Translations under genes and position numbers: made by a program | Notes under the pieces: model-generated | What the model was told of the DNA's origin: nothing | Database searches by the model: none | The model's input: the letters and a program-made list of their open reading frames with translations, nothing else | Shown here: positions 14,160 through 23,350 of the stretch, one piece after another | How the letters are laid out: each line of letters begins with the position of its first letter | Position numbering within the stretch: the stretch's first letter is position 1 | DNA from: an uncultured Bacteroidales bacterium | Lineage (GTDB): Bacteria > Bacteroidota > Bacteroidia > Bacteroidales > FEN-979 | Length of the DNA stretch: 64,000 nucleotides | Assembly (NCBI GenBank): GCA_963768805.1 | Contig: CAVYJI010000004.1 | Location: forward strand, 1,415-65,414 | Reading direction: 5' to 3'

Positions 14160-15590
14160 CTATTCCTTCAGGAACTTATCTACAAAAACTCCCTGGTCGT
14201 TGCGGATTTTAATGATATACATACCATCAGTAAGATCTGCAACATCAAGCACGGCTTTAGTTCCGCTAAGTGAATAATTGTTTAGTAAACGTCCATCCAT
14301 GGTGAAAATAGCAGCTTCGAATTTCCCTGTCGTCTGGTTTGTAATAAACAGCTTGTCCTGTGCTGGATTTGGATAGATCATTATACCGCCCTGTTTATTT
14401 TCCGTGATGCCAAGTGGGGCAGATACCGCTACATTTGAAACAACGCTCTGGTAAACATTATCCTTAAGCGTGGGATAGCAAGGGTATGGCTTGACAACTT
14501 CAATATAATAATTGGTGACTCCCGACTCAAAATATGGGTCAGTATATAGCAGGGTATAACTGTCAGCAGCCACAGAATCGATCACAATCCAAGGACCGGA
14601 TTCATGTTTTCTATGGATGCGGTAAGTCTGGAATGTAAACCCGATATAGGAATTCCAGGTAAGGTTGAATCCTGTGAAGCCGGAACTGGCATCCAGGTGG
14701 ATGGTCATATGATCGGGGCTTAAAGCAGATTCCACTCCATTCGTGTCTGTGACAGACAATTCGTAACGATCCCAGTGTACCAAGGGATGAGAAGTTGTAT
14801 CTACATAGGTGCTCATGCTTGAGAAAGGAACCTGTCCAATCTTGGCATAGACATTCGACTGGTAGGTTTGTTTATAAATGTTATAGTGGGACAGGTTATA
14901 AACTCCGGTCGGCTTATCCCAGATGACCTCGTACTTTGACGTTGTGGTGTCATACGTAACCATGCAGATGTTTGGCGTCGTTGGAGGAGCACCGCTGATG
15001 GTTACAACGGCACTATCGTACATACTGGTCAGGCAGGCGCCTGAGGTGGTGTCGTATTTTGCTTTACAGGTATATGTTCCCGCCGTGGTAAATAGTCCGA
15101 AATCAAGAGCACTCCCTGTCCCCTCCATACTGGTGACACTTGAGGTACCTCCGTTTAAATAAAGGTAATAACTGATTGTGGTCTGCGAACCGCTTAACCC
15201 GATGTGAACACCCGGGTACCCGTAAGGATAACTTCCACCCCCTGTAACTGAATAAACCGTCGGGTCCGCCACAATATGAATAGTGCCTGAGCTGTTGCAG
15301 GATTGTCCACCGTAAATGACATTAAGGGTTACCGTTTTATAACCAAGGGTATCCCATATAATATAATACGGGCCCGGCCCGGTACCGGAGATAATGACCC
15401 CACCATCGAAATTCCAGTTAAAAGTTGCTGAACCGGGGGCATTTCCCTGGTAAGACACATAGGTATAACAGCCCACCGGCGCCTTGGGATACATAAAAAA
15501 TGTACATGAGATGCTGTCGGTTTCGGCATAAATCTGGTAATTCATCATGCATAAGGTGATGAACAGGAAAAATGTAAAGATCTTTTTCAT
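14160..15590 (-). CDS. secreted Ig/FN3-like repeat protein with T9SS type-A sorting domain
   Basis: Signal peptide MKKIFTFFLFITLCMMNYQIYA. Beta-rich T/S/Y/G repeats. C-terminal ..IMIYPNPAQDKLFI...DGMYIIKIRNDQGVFVDKFLKE. Confidence 0.8.
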   Translation of the reverse strand: MKKIFTFFLFITLCMMNYQIYAETDSISCTFFMYPKAPVGCYTYVSYQGNAPGSATFNWNFDGGVIISGTGPGPYYIIWDTLGYKTVTLNVIYGGQSCNSSGTIHIVADPTVYSVTGGGSYPYGYPGVHIGLSGSQTTISYYLYLNGGTSSVTSMEGTGSALDFGLFTTAGTYTCKAKYDTTSGACLTSMYDSAVVTISGAPPTTPNICMVTYDTTTSKYEVIWDKPTGVYNLSHYNIYKQTYQSNVYAKIGQVPFSSMSTYVDTTSHPLVHWDRYELSVTDTNGVESALSPDHMTIHLDASSGFTGFNLTWNSYIGFTFQTYRIHRKHESGPWIVIDSVAADSYTLLYTDPYFESGVTNYYIEVVKPYPCYPTLKDNVYQSVVSNVAVSAPLGITENKQGGIMIYPNPAQDKLFITNQTTGKFEAAIFTMDGRLLNNYSLSGTKAVLDVADLTDGMYIIKIRNDQGVFVDKFLKE

Positions 15591-15710
15591 AGGATTTGAT
15601 TTATAATGTGATATTTAGACATGAAAGTCCATTCAGGGTTGCCTGGATCCAAATAAATTATTGGTCGGGTTCTTTTTTACAGCTATTTTAGATTTGAATT
15701 ATTATCCGCT

Positions 15711-15930
15711 TTAATGTTGAACTATCCGTCGCTGACTAATAATTTTATCGAAGGATAAAAGTTCAACAAGATAGACACCGCTTTTAGATGATCTTCCCTG
15801 TAAAATCAATTATTTCTAACCTGGTATTCCCGGATATAGCGACATCATAATTCTTAAAATAATGGAAGTCTGGAACATGATTTTAATCTCAGACCAGTCT
15901 TAATAATGCTTTCTGGATTAATTGGAATCT
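15711..15930 (-). pseudogene. orphan, frameshifted remnant of a T9SS type-A sorting domain
   Basis: Hand translation gives ..IPINPESIIKTGLRLKS.. then a stop, ..DVAISGNTRLEIIDFTGKII in one frame, and SKSGVYLVELLSFDKIISQRRIVQH* in another. There is no upstream passenger ORF. Confidence 0.5.
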
Positions 15931-15933
15931 CAT

Positions 15934-16653
15934 TTATTTCCTGCCAGGACCAGGAATATCCTGTATTGAAACTTTCTTCATGAGATCGGATGTCGATTCC
16001 AGTTTTATAGAGCCCGACAATGAAAATTGATTCTTGAACACTCCTGCCGTTTCAAGCCTGATCTTACCCGTACCCTGAACAGAAGCCATAAGGGTATCTA
16101 TCTTATTGGATTTCATTATATAGATGTCCTGCTGATCAATAATTCCGGGGAAATCGAGTGTTAAGGTTCCAGCCCTGCAACTGTCGGCTGTAAATGAATA
16201 GATCCTTTTACATTGAATATGAATTTCTTTAAGATTGAGTCCCGATAATTTGACTCCTGAGAAATTATAGAGAGAAAGTAAAGAAACTGCAGGTAAAGTC
16301 AGGATGATAGGAGAATCATAATATATTAGCTTTTTAAACTGGATCATTGATTCCCCGTTTTTCAGGTCTGTATAGCTGATATCCCAAACCCGTTTATCAG
16401 TTTTAACAGCCAATTCCTTCCCGGGCATGATGCTCAAAAAGGCAGTCCCTTCAGCTGAAAGGAACAATTCGCTGGCAGGTGCAGGAAATGTTTTCTTGTG
16501 GCTTTCCATTATCTGTGTATAGGATCTTGCGTAATGTAAGTTCCTCCTCTCCAGGTAATTATTGATAGTCGAAGCAGCAAGCCAGCCAATGATGACCGTC
16601 CAGGTTAATGCAATTAAAGTGGCACCGATAATTAGAATATTGCTCTTTTTCAT
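15934..16653 (-). CDS. membrane-anchored hypothetical protein (possibly DUF2807/GIN-like beta-helix)
   Basis: N-terminal TM segment. C-terminal repeats of the ..VQGTGKIRLE.. and ..LSGSIKLES.. type. Last gene of the GntR/ABC operon. Confidence 0.5.
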   Translation of the reverse strand: MKKSNILIIGATLIALTWTVIIGWLAASTINNYLERRNLHYARSYTQIMESHKKTFPAPASELFLSAEGTAFLSIMPGKELAVKTDKRVWDISYTDLKNGESMIQFKKLIYYDSPIILTLPAVSLLSLYNFSGVKLSGLNLKEIHIQCKRIYSFTADSCRAGTLTLDFPGIIDQQDIYIMKSNKIDTLMASVQGTGKIRLETAGVFKNQFSLSGSIKLESTSDLMKKVSIQDIPGPGRK

Positions 16654-16665
16654 ACCCTGAAATTT

Positions 16666-17061
16666 TTATTGCTTTGGATTTTCTTCTGTGAATTTTTTAT
16701 ACAACCGTTCCATCTCATCAAACCTGATATTCAACAGGGACAGGTTTCTGAACAATGCAGGGAGTTCTGATTGCAGAAACCTATCCCTCCTTGATGTAAG
16801 GATCTTTTCTCCTGCATCCTGCGAGACATAATTCCCCAACCCTCTCTTGTTATAAATAATTCCCTCCTGCTGAAGAAGATCATAAGCCCGCATAACGGTA
16901 TTCGGGTTTACCTGGAGATCGGCAGCAAGGTCGCGGACAGATGGGATTTTCTCCTCTGTCTTCCAGTTACCAAGCAATATCTGCTCTTTGACAAACTCTG
17001 TGATCTGCAGGTATATGGATTGATTCTCAGAAAAATTCATCTTGACAATTTTATAATTCAC
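16666..17061 (-). CDS. GntR-family (YtrA-like) transcriptional regulator
   Basis: Winged HTH KIPSVRDLAADLQVNPNTVMRAYDLLQQEGIIYNKRGLGNYV. Short 131-aa YtrA-type architecture. Confidence 0.85.
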   Translation of the reverse strand: MNYKIVKMNFSENQSIYLQITEFVKEQILLGNWKTEEKIPSVRDLAADLQVNPNTVMRAYDLLQQEGIIYNKRGLGNYVSQDAGEKILTSRRDRFLQSELPALFRNLSLLNIRFDEMERLYKKFTEENPKQ

Positions 17062-17872
17062 GTTCCTTTAATCTGAACCATGCTGACAGATACAACATGG
17101 CGAACACAGCAAACCAGATCCATCTGTTTAAATTTCCTATCAGCTTGGTGAATGAAAAGTACTCAGTTATATTCTGAATATTTACATTTTTATAATAACC
17201 AAAATCGGGAGAAAGGAAAGTAAAAAGCGCCCCTGGTATTTTTACGATAATACCTTTGTGAGGAACCAGGTCGGACATTAATTTAGTCATACCTATGTTA
17301 TAAATAATAATGACCGCAAAGAATATTAAAAAGAAAATCAGCAACTGATTTTTTTTGAATCTGATAACGCATATCAGGCAAATGGACTGAATAAACATAA
17401 ACATCAAGAAAAAAACAAGATATGTTCGTAATGGAAATAATGTAATCTCATTGATCGCTTCTTTCATGAAATCATGAAATGGTACAAGATTATTGGAGAA
17501 GAATAAAAACACAATAAGGTATGTAACTATATATCTCATAATAAAATAAGTCAGGCAGTAAACACCCGTAAATAAAATCATGCTAAAAAACAGGCCACAT
17601 AGAAACTTTTCTGCCAAAGAAGCCGGGATCAGCATGTAACCTGCTGACCTGCCAAAATCTGACCAGCGGGGAAAAGTAATAAAAGTTATTACGGCTGCTG
17701 TAAGACCGTATATTAATAGGTACCCTCCATTATTAATCTTATCAGGAAATAATCCAAAAAAAACCATTCCACACGATATCACTCCCCAGATTATAATGTA
17801 AAGAATTTTATTCTCTGCCCATTGCCGTCTGACAAGTAGCCAGAACCTATTGAAATTGAAGTAATTATTCAT
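17051..17872 (-). CDS. integral membrane protein (putative permease partner of the ABC ATPase)
   Basis: 273 aa with ~6 hydrophobic segments. Overlaps the GntR start by 11 nt and lies 11 nt downstream of the ATPase gene. Confidence 0.65.
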   Translation of the reverse strand: MNNYFNFNRFWLLVRRQWAENKILYIIIWGVISCGMVFFGLFPDKINNGGYLLIYGLTAAVITFITFPRWSDFGRSAGYMLIPASLAEKFLCGLFFSMILFTGVYCLTYFIMRYIVTYLIVFLFFSNNLVPFHDFMKEAINEITLFPLRTYLVFFLMFMFIQSICLICVIRFKKNQLLIFFLIFFAVIIIYNIGMTKLMSDLVPHKGIIVKIPGALFTFLSPDFGYYKNVNIQNITEYFSFTKLIGNLNRWIWFAVFAMLYLSAWFRLKEREL

Positions 17873-17883
17873 GATCCTTTGTA

Positions 17884-18720
17884 TTAATTGTCTAGAACTA
17901 CAGATAGTTTGTCCGGAATATTTATACTGGCATTAAAAAGTGTTTCAAGATCGACAATCCCTGCAATGCCTGAATTATTGATTGACATCAGGCTTTGCCC
18001 CATTTCGCTCTTTACGGAATAAATAACTTCACCGGGAACCGGCGACAATAAAGAATGTCCGAAGGAAAATTTCTGTGCAACCCTGTCCAGTGACTGGTTC
18101 AGGATGATCTTACGGTTCTCAAGAATGATCACACTGTCAATAAGGCTTTGAAGATCTCTTACCTGGTGAGTGGAGAGTATGATGGTTTTATCTTCAGAAA
18201 ACGAGGATGCCAGGAGTGTTCTCAGAATAGCTTTTGAAGGGATATCCAGAACGTTTGTCGGTTCATCGAGAAATAAATACCGGGTATTTGTTGCCAGGGC
18301 AAAGGAAATCAATGCTTTTTTCTTCTGGCCATGTGACATTCCTGAGAATTTCTGACCAGGATCGACTTCAAATTTCCCAAGGATCTCTCTGTATTGTACA
18401 GCGTCAAAACAAGGATAAAAGCAGCCATAAGTCCTGGCAAATTGAACTGCATTCATAGAAGGCAGTGAAACCTCTTCCGGAACGAAAAAGAGCCCGCATA
18501 AAAATACCGGTTGACGATTTGCCGGAATGGCATCATCGACATTGACTTCACCGGACTTAGGAAAAGAAAGTCCACTGATTAGCTTTAAAAGGGTGGTTTT
18601 CCCAACACCGTTTTTCCCGAGAAGACCATAGATGTGACCTTCACCCAGTTGCAGGGAAAGGTGTTCAAATACAATATTCCTATTTGAATACCAGAATGTT
18701 ATATCTTTAATTGTGATCAT
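17884..18720 (-). CDS. ABC transporter ATP-binding protein
   Basis: Walker A GLLGKNGVGKTT, degenerate signature FSGMSHGQKKK, and Walker B YLFLDEPTNVLD. Confidence 0.9.
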   Translation of the reverse strand: MITIKDITFWYSNRNIVFEHLSLQLGEGHIYGLLGKNGVGKTTLLKLISGLSFPKSGEVNVDDAIPANRQPVFLCGLFFVPEEVSLPSMNAVQFARTYGCFYPCFDAVQYREILGKFEVDPGQKFSGMSHGQKKKALISFALATNTRYLFLDEPTNVLDIPSKAILRTLLASSFSEDKTIILSTHQVRDLQSLIDSVIILENRKIILNQSLDRVAQKFSFGHSLLSPVPGEVIYSVKSEMGQSLMSINNSGIAGIVDLETLFNASINIPDKLSVVLDN

Positions 18721-18910
18721 AAGTTTAGTGTATTAGTACATTAATACACTGCAAAGATAATACGCTATTTTCAAATGTCAAGAAAAAAGTAAAAAAAATG
18801 ATATCTCCCAAAATCCTGAATAAAAAACAGGGCTATAAAAAATGATACTCGTTGTAAATATCAATTTACAATTTACTACCTTTCGGACATTAATCAAAAA
18901 CCCTGGTAAT

Positions 18911-20194
18911 ATGACTCTGAATCGCCGCATGTTCCTGAAAAAGCTTGGAACAACAATTGGTGCCGTATCCCTCAGTAACATCCTGATGTCATCGCTGGCT
19001 TCGGGAAAGTCATTATTTGATGAAAAAGAGGGACCTCCTTCTCCTGACATGAAGGACGAGGATTTCTGGGCATGGGTGCAGGAATCTTATACGGTGTCGC
19101 CCAACATTATCAATCTTAACAACGGGGGAGTAAGTCCCCAACCCCTTGTGGTGCAGCAGACTTTTGAGAAATATAACCGCCTTTGCAATGAGGCGCCATC
19201 CTATTACATGTGGAATATCCTGAATGAAGGCCGCGAGGCCCTCAGGGCCGACCTTGCTGATTTCGCAGGATGCTCGGCGGAAGAGATCGCTATCGACCGC
19301 AATACTACCGAGGCCATGAATGATATAATCTATGGCCTTCCCCTGGTCGCTGGCGATGAGGTGGTACTCACCAAACAGGACTATCCTAATGTCATAAACA
19401 CCTGGAAGCTGCGTGAAAAACGGGAGGGGATCGTGTTGAAATGGATCAACCTCGAACTTCCTTCAGAGAATGAAGATGAGCTGGTCAACGCCTATGTCTC
19501 ACAGTTTACTGATAAGACCAAAGCCGTTAATATCACCCATATCATAAACTGGATCGGGCAGATCATTCCCGTGAAAAAGATTGCAAAGGAAGCCCATGCA
19601 AGAGGGATTGATGTCCTGGTCGATGGCGCCCATACCTTTGCACTCCTCGATTTCAAGATACCTGACCTTGAATGTGATTACTTTGCTACAAGCCTGCATA
19701 AATGGATGTGCGCACCTTTTGGATCAGGATTGCTCTATGTTAAGAAGGACAAGATCAGCAAGATCTGGACCCTGTTCCCTGATGCCCAGCCACTTGGAGA
19801 CAAGATCACCAAATTCGAGACATTGGGGACCCGTAACTTTGCCAGCGAAATGGCCATCGGCAGCGCTCTTGATTTCCACCTGGCGATCGGCTCCGAAAGA
19901 AAAGAAAAAAGATTGAGGGAACTAAAGGATTACTGGACAACCAGGGTGAAAGATCTTCCGGGTATCCACATCAAGACCTCTTTTAAACCAAAGTTTGCCT
20001 GCGTGATCGGACTGGTCTCTGTCGATGGTAAAAAGCCTGGGGAGGTTGTAAGATACCTGTTTGACAAGTATAAAATCCATACCACCGGTATTGAATGGGA
20101 AAACATTTCAGGCACCAGGGTTACGCCAAATGTCTACACAACTTTCAGGGACCTTGATAAGCTTGTCCTTGCCCTGGAAAAAATGCCCAGGTAG
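18911..20194 (+). CDS. class-V aminotransferase-fold PLP enzyme (cysteine desulfurase / isopenicillin-N-epimerase-like) with Tat signal
   Basis: PLP-lysine context SLHKWMCAPFGSG. Twin-arginine signal MTLNRRMFLKKLGTTIGAVSL. The track ORF starts at 18842 but the Tat-signal Met at 18911 is preferred. Confidence 0.8.
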   Translation: MTLNRRMFLKKLGTTIGAVSLSNILMSSLASGKSLFDEKEGPPSPDMKDEDFWAWVQESYTVSPNIINLNNGGVSPQPLVVQQTFEKYNRLCNEAPSYYMWNILNEGREALRADLADFAGCSAEEIAIDRNTTEAMNDIIYGLPLVAGDEVVLTKQDYPNVINTWKLREKREGIVLKWINLELPSENEDELVNAYVSQFTDKTKAVNITHIINWIGQIIPVKKIAKEAHARGIDVLVDGAHTFALLDFKIPDLECDYFATSLHKWMCAPFGSGLLYVKKDKISKIWTLFPDAQPLGDKITKFETLGTRNFASEMAIGSALDFHLAIGSERKEKRLRELKDYWTTRVKDLPGIHIKTSFKPKFACVIGLVSVDGKKPGEVVRYLFDKYKIHTTGIEWENISGTRVTPNVYTTFRDLDKLVLALEKMPR

Positions 20195-20243
20195 ACTTTT
20201 TACATCTTTAACTGATAAATCAATCTTAAACACACTAAAATAA

Positions 20244-20693
20244 TTGACCATGAGAAAATTTGTTCTGTTCATTCTTCTGACCATCTGCACTTATCCCCTC
20301 CTGGCACAGCAGCAGGATAAAATAGTTATCTATTCAGATAAAGCCCCGAAACCTATCGGCCCTTACAGCCAGGGGATATTAACAGGAAATACACTCTATC
20401 TTGCCGGCCAGATCGCAAAGATCCCTGAAACCGGGGGAATGGATACCCTCAATATCGTATCAGAGCTCCGCAGGATATTTGCAAACCTTGGGGCAGTGTT
20501 GAATGCTGCAGGGATGGGTTATACAAATCTCGTCAAGACGACGGTATATTGTACGGATATCAACAATTTCAATGCTATCAATTCAGTTTATGGGGAATAT
20601 TTCAAGGATAATTTTCCTGTACGGGAGACCATCCAGGTAGCTGCCATCCCTGGTAAAGCACATTTTGAGATCTCGGGGATAGCAGTGAAGTGA
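20244..20693 (+). CDS. ridA: RidA/YjgF/L-PSP family enamine-imine deaminase with signal peptide
   Basis: APKPIGPYSQGIL..NTLYLAGQI..TTVYCTDINNF..VRETIQVAAIP is the classic RidA signature. The N-terminal MTMRKFVLFILLTICTYPLLAQ is a Sec signal. Confidence 0.85.
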   Translation: MTMRKFVLFILLTICTYPLLAQQQDKIVIYSDKAPKPIGPYSQGILTGNTLYLAGQIAKIPETGGMDTLNIVSELRRIFANLGAVLNAAGMGYTNLVKTTVYCTDINNFNAINSVYGEYFKDNFPVRETIQVAAIPGKAHFEISGIAVK

Positions 20694-20697
20694 TTGT

Positions 20698-21999
20698 TTA
20701 CTTTACTAACACCTTTTCAACAAAATCTGTTCCTGAATTGTTAATACTGACAATATACAAACCAGGCCGTAGTCCCGTATCCAGCAATGCCTTAGGCCGA
20801 TCGATCAGGGTCATTTCCTTCATCAGCCTGCCGGTGTTATCAAATATCCTGAGATCTGATTGTCCATTGATCCCGGTCATTTCAATCTTCAGTAATCCTC
20901 CCTCAGAAGGATTGGAATAGATCCTGATATGCGGATCATTATTCCTGATGGTATTTATTCCCAGGTTGGTGACTAAAAAGGCATTCAGTGCCGCTGTTGG
21001 CTTTCCATCTGATCCCCAGCAGCTCAGCTGGTATCCGCTCCATGACTTCTCTCCTTCCGGTTCCCAATAAATAACCCCAATGCCCTGGTTGTTTGGAACG
21101 GCCTTGACCTTATTCATGACGGCTACAAGCATGTCATAAGTATTCTGAACCTGGGTATAATCCCCGCCGGTTTCGACCACAAAGACCTGTTTCCCATACC
21201 TGGAGACCATATCATTCAGATTGTTACCCAGGTCATTGATCGTAACCGTATAATCGGTTCCCAGCCAGTAAGGATAATAGGAAGCTCCTATAATATCATA
21301 TCTCACGGCATAAGTGGTGGCATTATCAAAAAAGGTCCTGAATCTTGTGTTATCATTTCCCTGGTCAAGGTGAATAATAACCTTGATGGAACTATCTACG
21401 GCTTTAGTGGCATCATATCCCTTATTAAGCAACTGTGCTAATTGTGACCAGTTTGAAGTACTCCCGTCGGGCCACAGCATCCCATTTGTGATTTCATTCC
21501 CGATCTGTACCCAATCCGGCTTGGCTCCGATGGTTTTAAGTGTATCCAGGACCTCATACGTGTGATTATAAAGATCGGTCAGCAGTTGGCTGAATGAATC
21601 GTTTACCCATGCTGCAGGCTTATTCTGTTTTCCCGGATCTGCCCAGGAGTCACTATAATGAAAATCGATAAGGACTCTCATTCCCATATTCTTTGCCCGG
21701 AGCGCCATTCCGGCAACTTCCTTCTTGCTGCAATGCCCGTTTATCTTATCGTTTGAGGGATTGACCCAGACCCTTAACCTGATCGTGTTGATCCCATGAT
21801 CTTTAAGTATCTGTAAACAATCCTTCTGAACCCCGGTGCTGTCATAGAATATATAGCCTGTCGCTTCCATCTGCTGCAGCCAGCCGACATCAGCACCTTT
21901 CACAAACTGCGCCTGGATCACCACAGGAAATAGCAACAGGAACAGAAAACAAACTAAAATGACAGAAACCAGGATAGGATAATTAATGAACTTTTTCAT
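20698..21999 (-). CDS. arabinogalactan endo-beta-1,4-galactanase (GH53) with T9SS type-A sorting domain
   Basis: GADVGWLQQME.., INTIRLRVWVNP, HYSDSWADPGKQNKPAAW and VQIGNEITNGMLWP are GH53 hallmarks. C-terminal ..IYSNPSEGGLLKIEM.. CTD. Confidence 0.9.
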   Translation of the reverse strand: MKKFINYPILVSVILVCFLFLLLFPVVIQAQFVKGADVGWLQQMEATGYIFYDSTGVQKDCLQILKDHGINTIRLRVWVNPSNDKINGHCSKKEVAGMALRAKNMGMRVLIDFHYSDSWADPGKQNKPAAWVNDSFSQLLTDLYNHTYEVLDTLKTIGAKPDWVQIGNEITNGMLWPDGSTSNWSQLAQLLNKGYDATKAVDSSIKVIIHLDQGNDNTRFRTFFDNATTYAVRYDIIGASYYPYWLGTDYTVTINDLGNNLNDMVSRYGKQVFVVETGGDYTQVQNTYDMLVAVMNKVKAVPNNQGIGVIYWEPEGEKSWSGYQLSCWGSDGKPTAALNAFLVTNLGINTIRNNDPHIRIYSNPSEGGLLKIEMTGINGQSDLRIFDNTGRLMKEMTLIDRPKALLDTGLRPGLYIVSINNSGTDFVEKVLVK

Positions 22000-22705
22000 T
22001 ATATCGGCTTAGAGCACCAGTTTCTCCTCATTAATGGTGAGTGTTTTTTGATGGATCCATGAATTAAACATTGGCTGACAACACAACATGACGACAAAAT
22101 TAATAAAGAAAACAGTGATTTTGGCTAAATCTTTTTTGAGGTGGTAAACCCCAACCCTGCCTCCCCTGCCTACCGGCAGGCTGGCGGTGATCTGGTTTTC
22201 AGTTATTCAAATAAAAATACAATATTGAATAATCGAATAATCGATCAACAATTTTTGAATTTCAAATGTTTTTGTTGAGTACTCGAATATCGGTAAACAA
22301 TTTTTGAAATCAGATTGAAGTTCAGGATTCCCGCCAGAAGTTTACGGACCATAGACAGGGTATACAAGGGACCAGGGACATGGTATACAAGGGAGGGGTT
22401 AGGTGGTGATGTCATGAAGCCATCCTTAAAATAAATTCAAAGTGCCTTCGAGGTGCCTTCGGGGTGTCTTCAACATCACTACAACATAGATTCGATTAAA
22501 ATTCGGTTAAAATTCGGTCAGGATTTGATCAGGATTCAACCAAGCTTCGGTTGCTTTTCTTCCTGGATTAGAAATTTTGGGGTGTCACGTTTAACAATTT
22601 GACTTCTCCCCCTTCTGGGGGAAAGGCTCAGGGGGGTGGGGTCAAAAAAAGATTTAGAGTTGATTCCGCTGTTTTTTGTATTTTTGATCTATAAAACTCA
22701 CGACC

Positions 22706-23350
22706 ATGACCGACATTCTGAAATTTGGAAATAATTTTTCCGATATAAGCACTGACGTTGCATTTCAATATGAATTCTATTGCGACTGTTGCAGGACAGG
22801 ATACCGTTCAACTGCCAAAGGCTATGCAGCCGGCAAGGCCTCAAAGATATTAGGCACTGCCAGCTCACTTTTCGGTGGCTTTATGGGGGGACTGTCACAG
22901 GTAGGCCAGACCGTTAAGGATGCCTCATGGAAAGATGCGCATGACAAAGCTTTTGAAGAAGCGCTCATTGAAATGGCACCGGTTTTTATCCAGTGCCCGC
23001 ACTGCCATTCATGGGTATGCCGGGAGCAATGCTGGAATACAAAAAAAGGATTGTGCAAAAGCTGTGCTCCTGATCTTGGAGTGGAAATGGCTTATGCACA
23101 ATCCGAAAAATCCGTGGAAGAGATCCATGAACATGCCGCGATGGCTGAAGAGGATAAAAAATTAGGCACGGAATACTGGAGAACCAATATCCGTGCCACA
23201 TGTCCCAAATGCGAAGCCCCCCTGGCTGAGAATGCTAAATTCTGTCCTAATTGCGGAGCGAAACTTAATGAGGATGATAAATGTGCCCACTGCGGGGCAA
23301 AACTGACTCCCGGCGCCAAGTTCTGTCCGGAATGCGGGGAGAAGGTCTAA
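22706..23350 (+). CDS. zinc-ribbon domain protein
   Basis: Several CxxC pairs and the C-terminal double zinc ribbon CPKCEAPLAENAKFCPNCGAKL..CAHCGAKLTPGAKFCPECGEKV. Confidence 0.7.
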   Translation: MTDILKFGNNFSDISTDVAFQYEFYCDCCRTGYRSTAKGYAAGKASKILGTASSLFGGFMGGLSQVGQTVKDASWKDAHDKAFEEALIEMAPVFIQCPHCHSWVCREQCWNTKKGLCKSCAPDLGVEMAYAQSEKSVEEIHEHAAMAEEDKKLGTEYWRTNIRATCPKCEAPLAENAKFCPNCGAKLNEDDKCAHCGAKLTPGAKFCPECGEKV

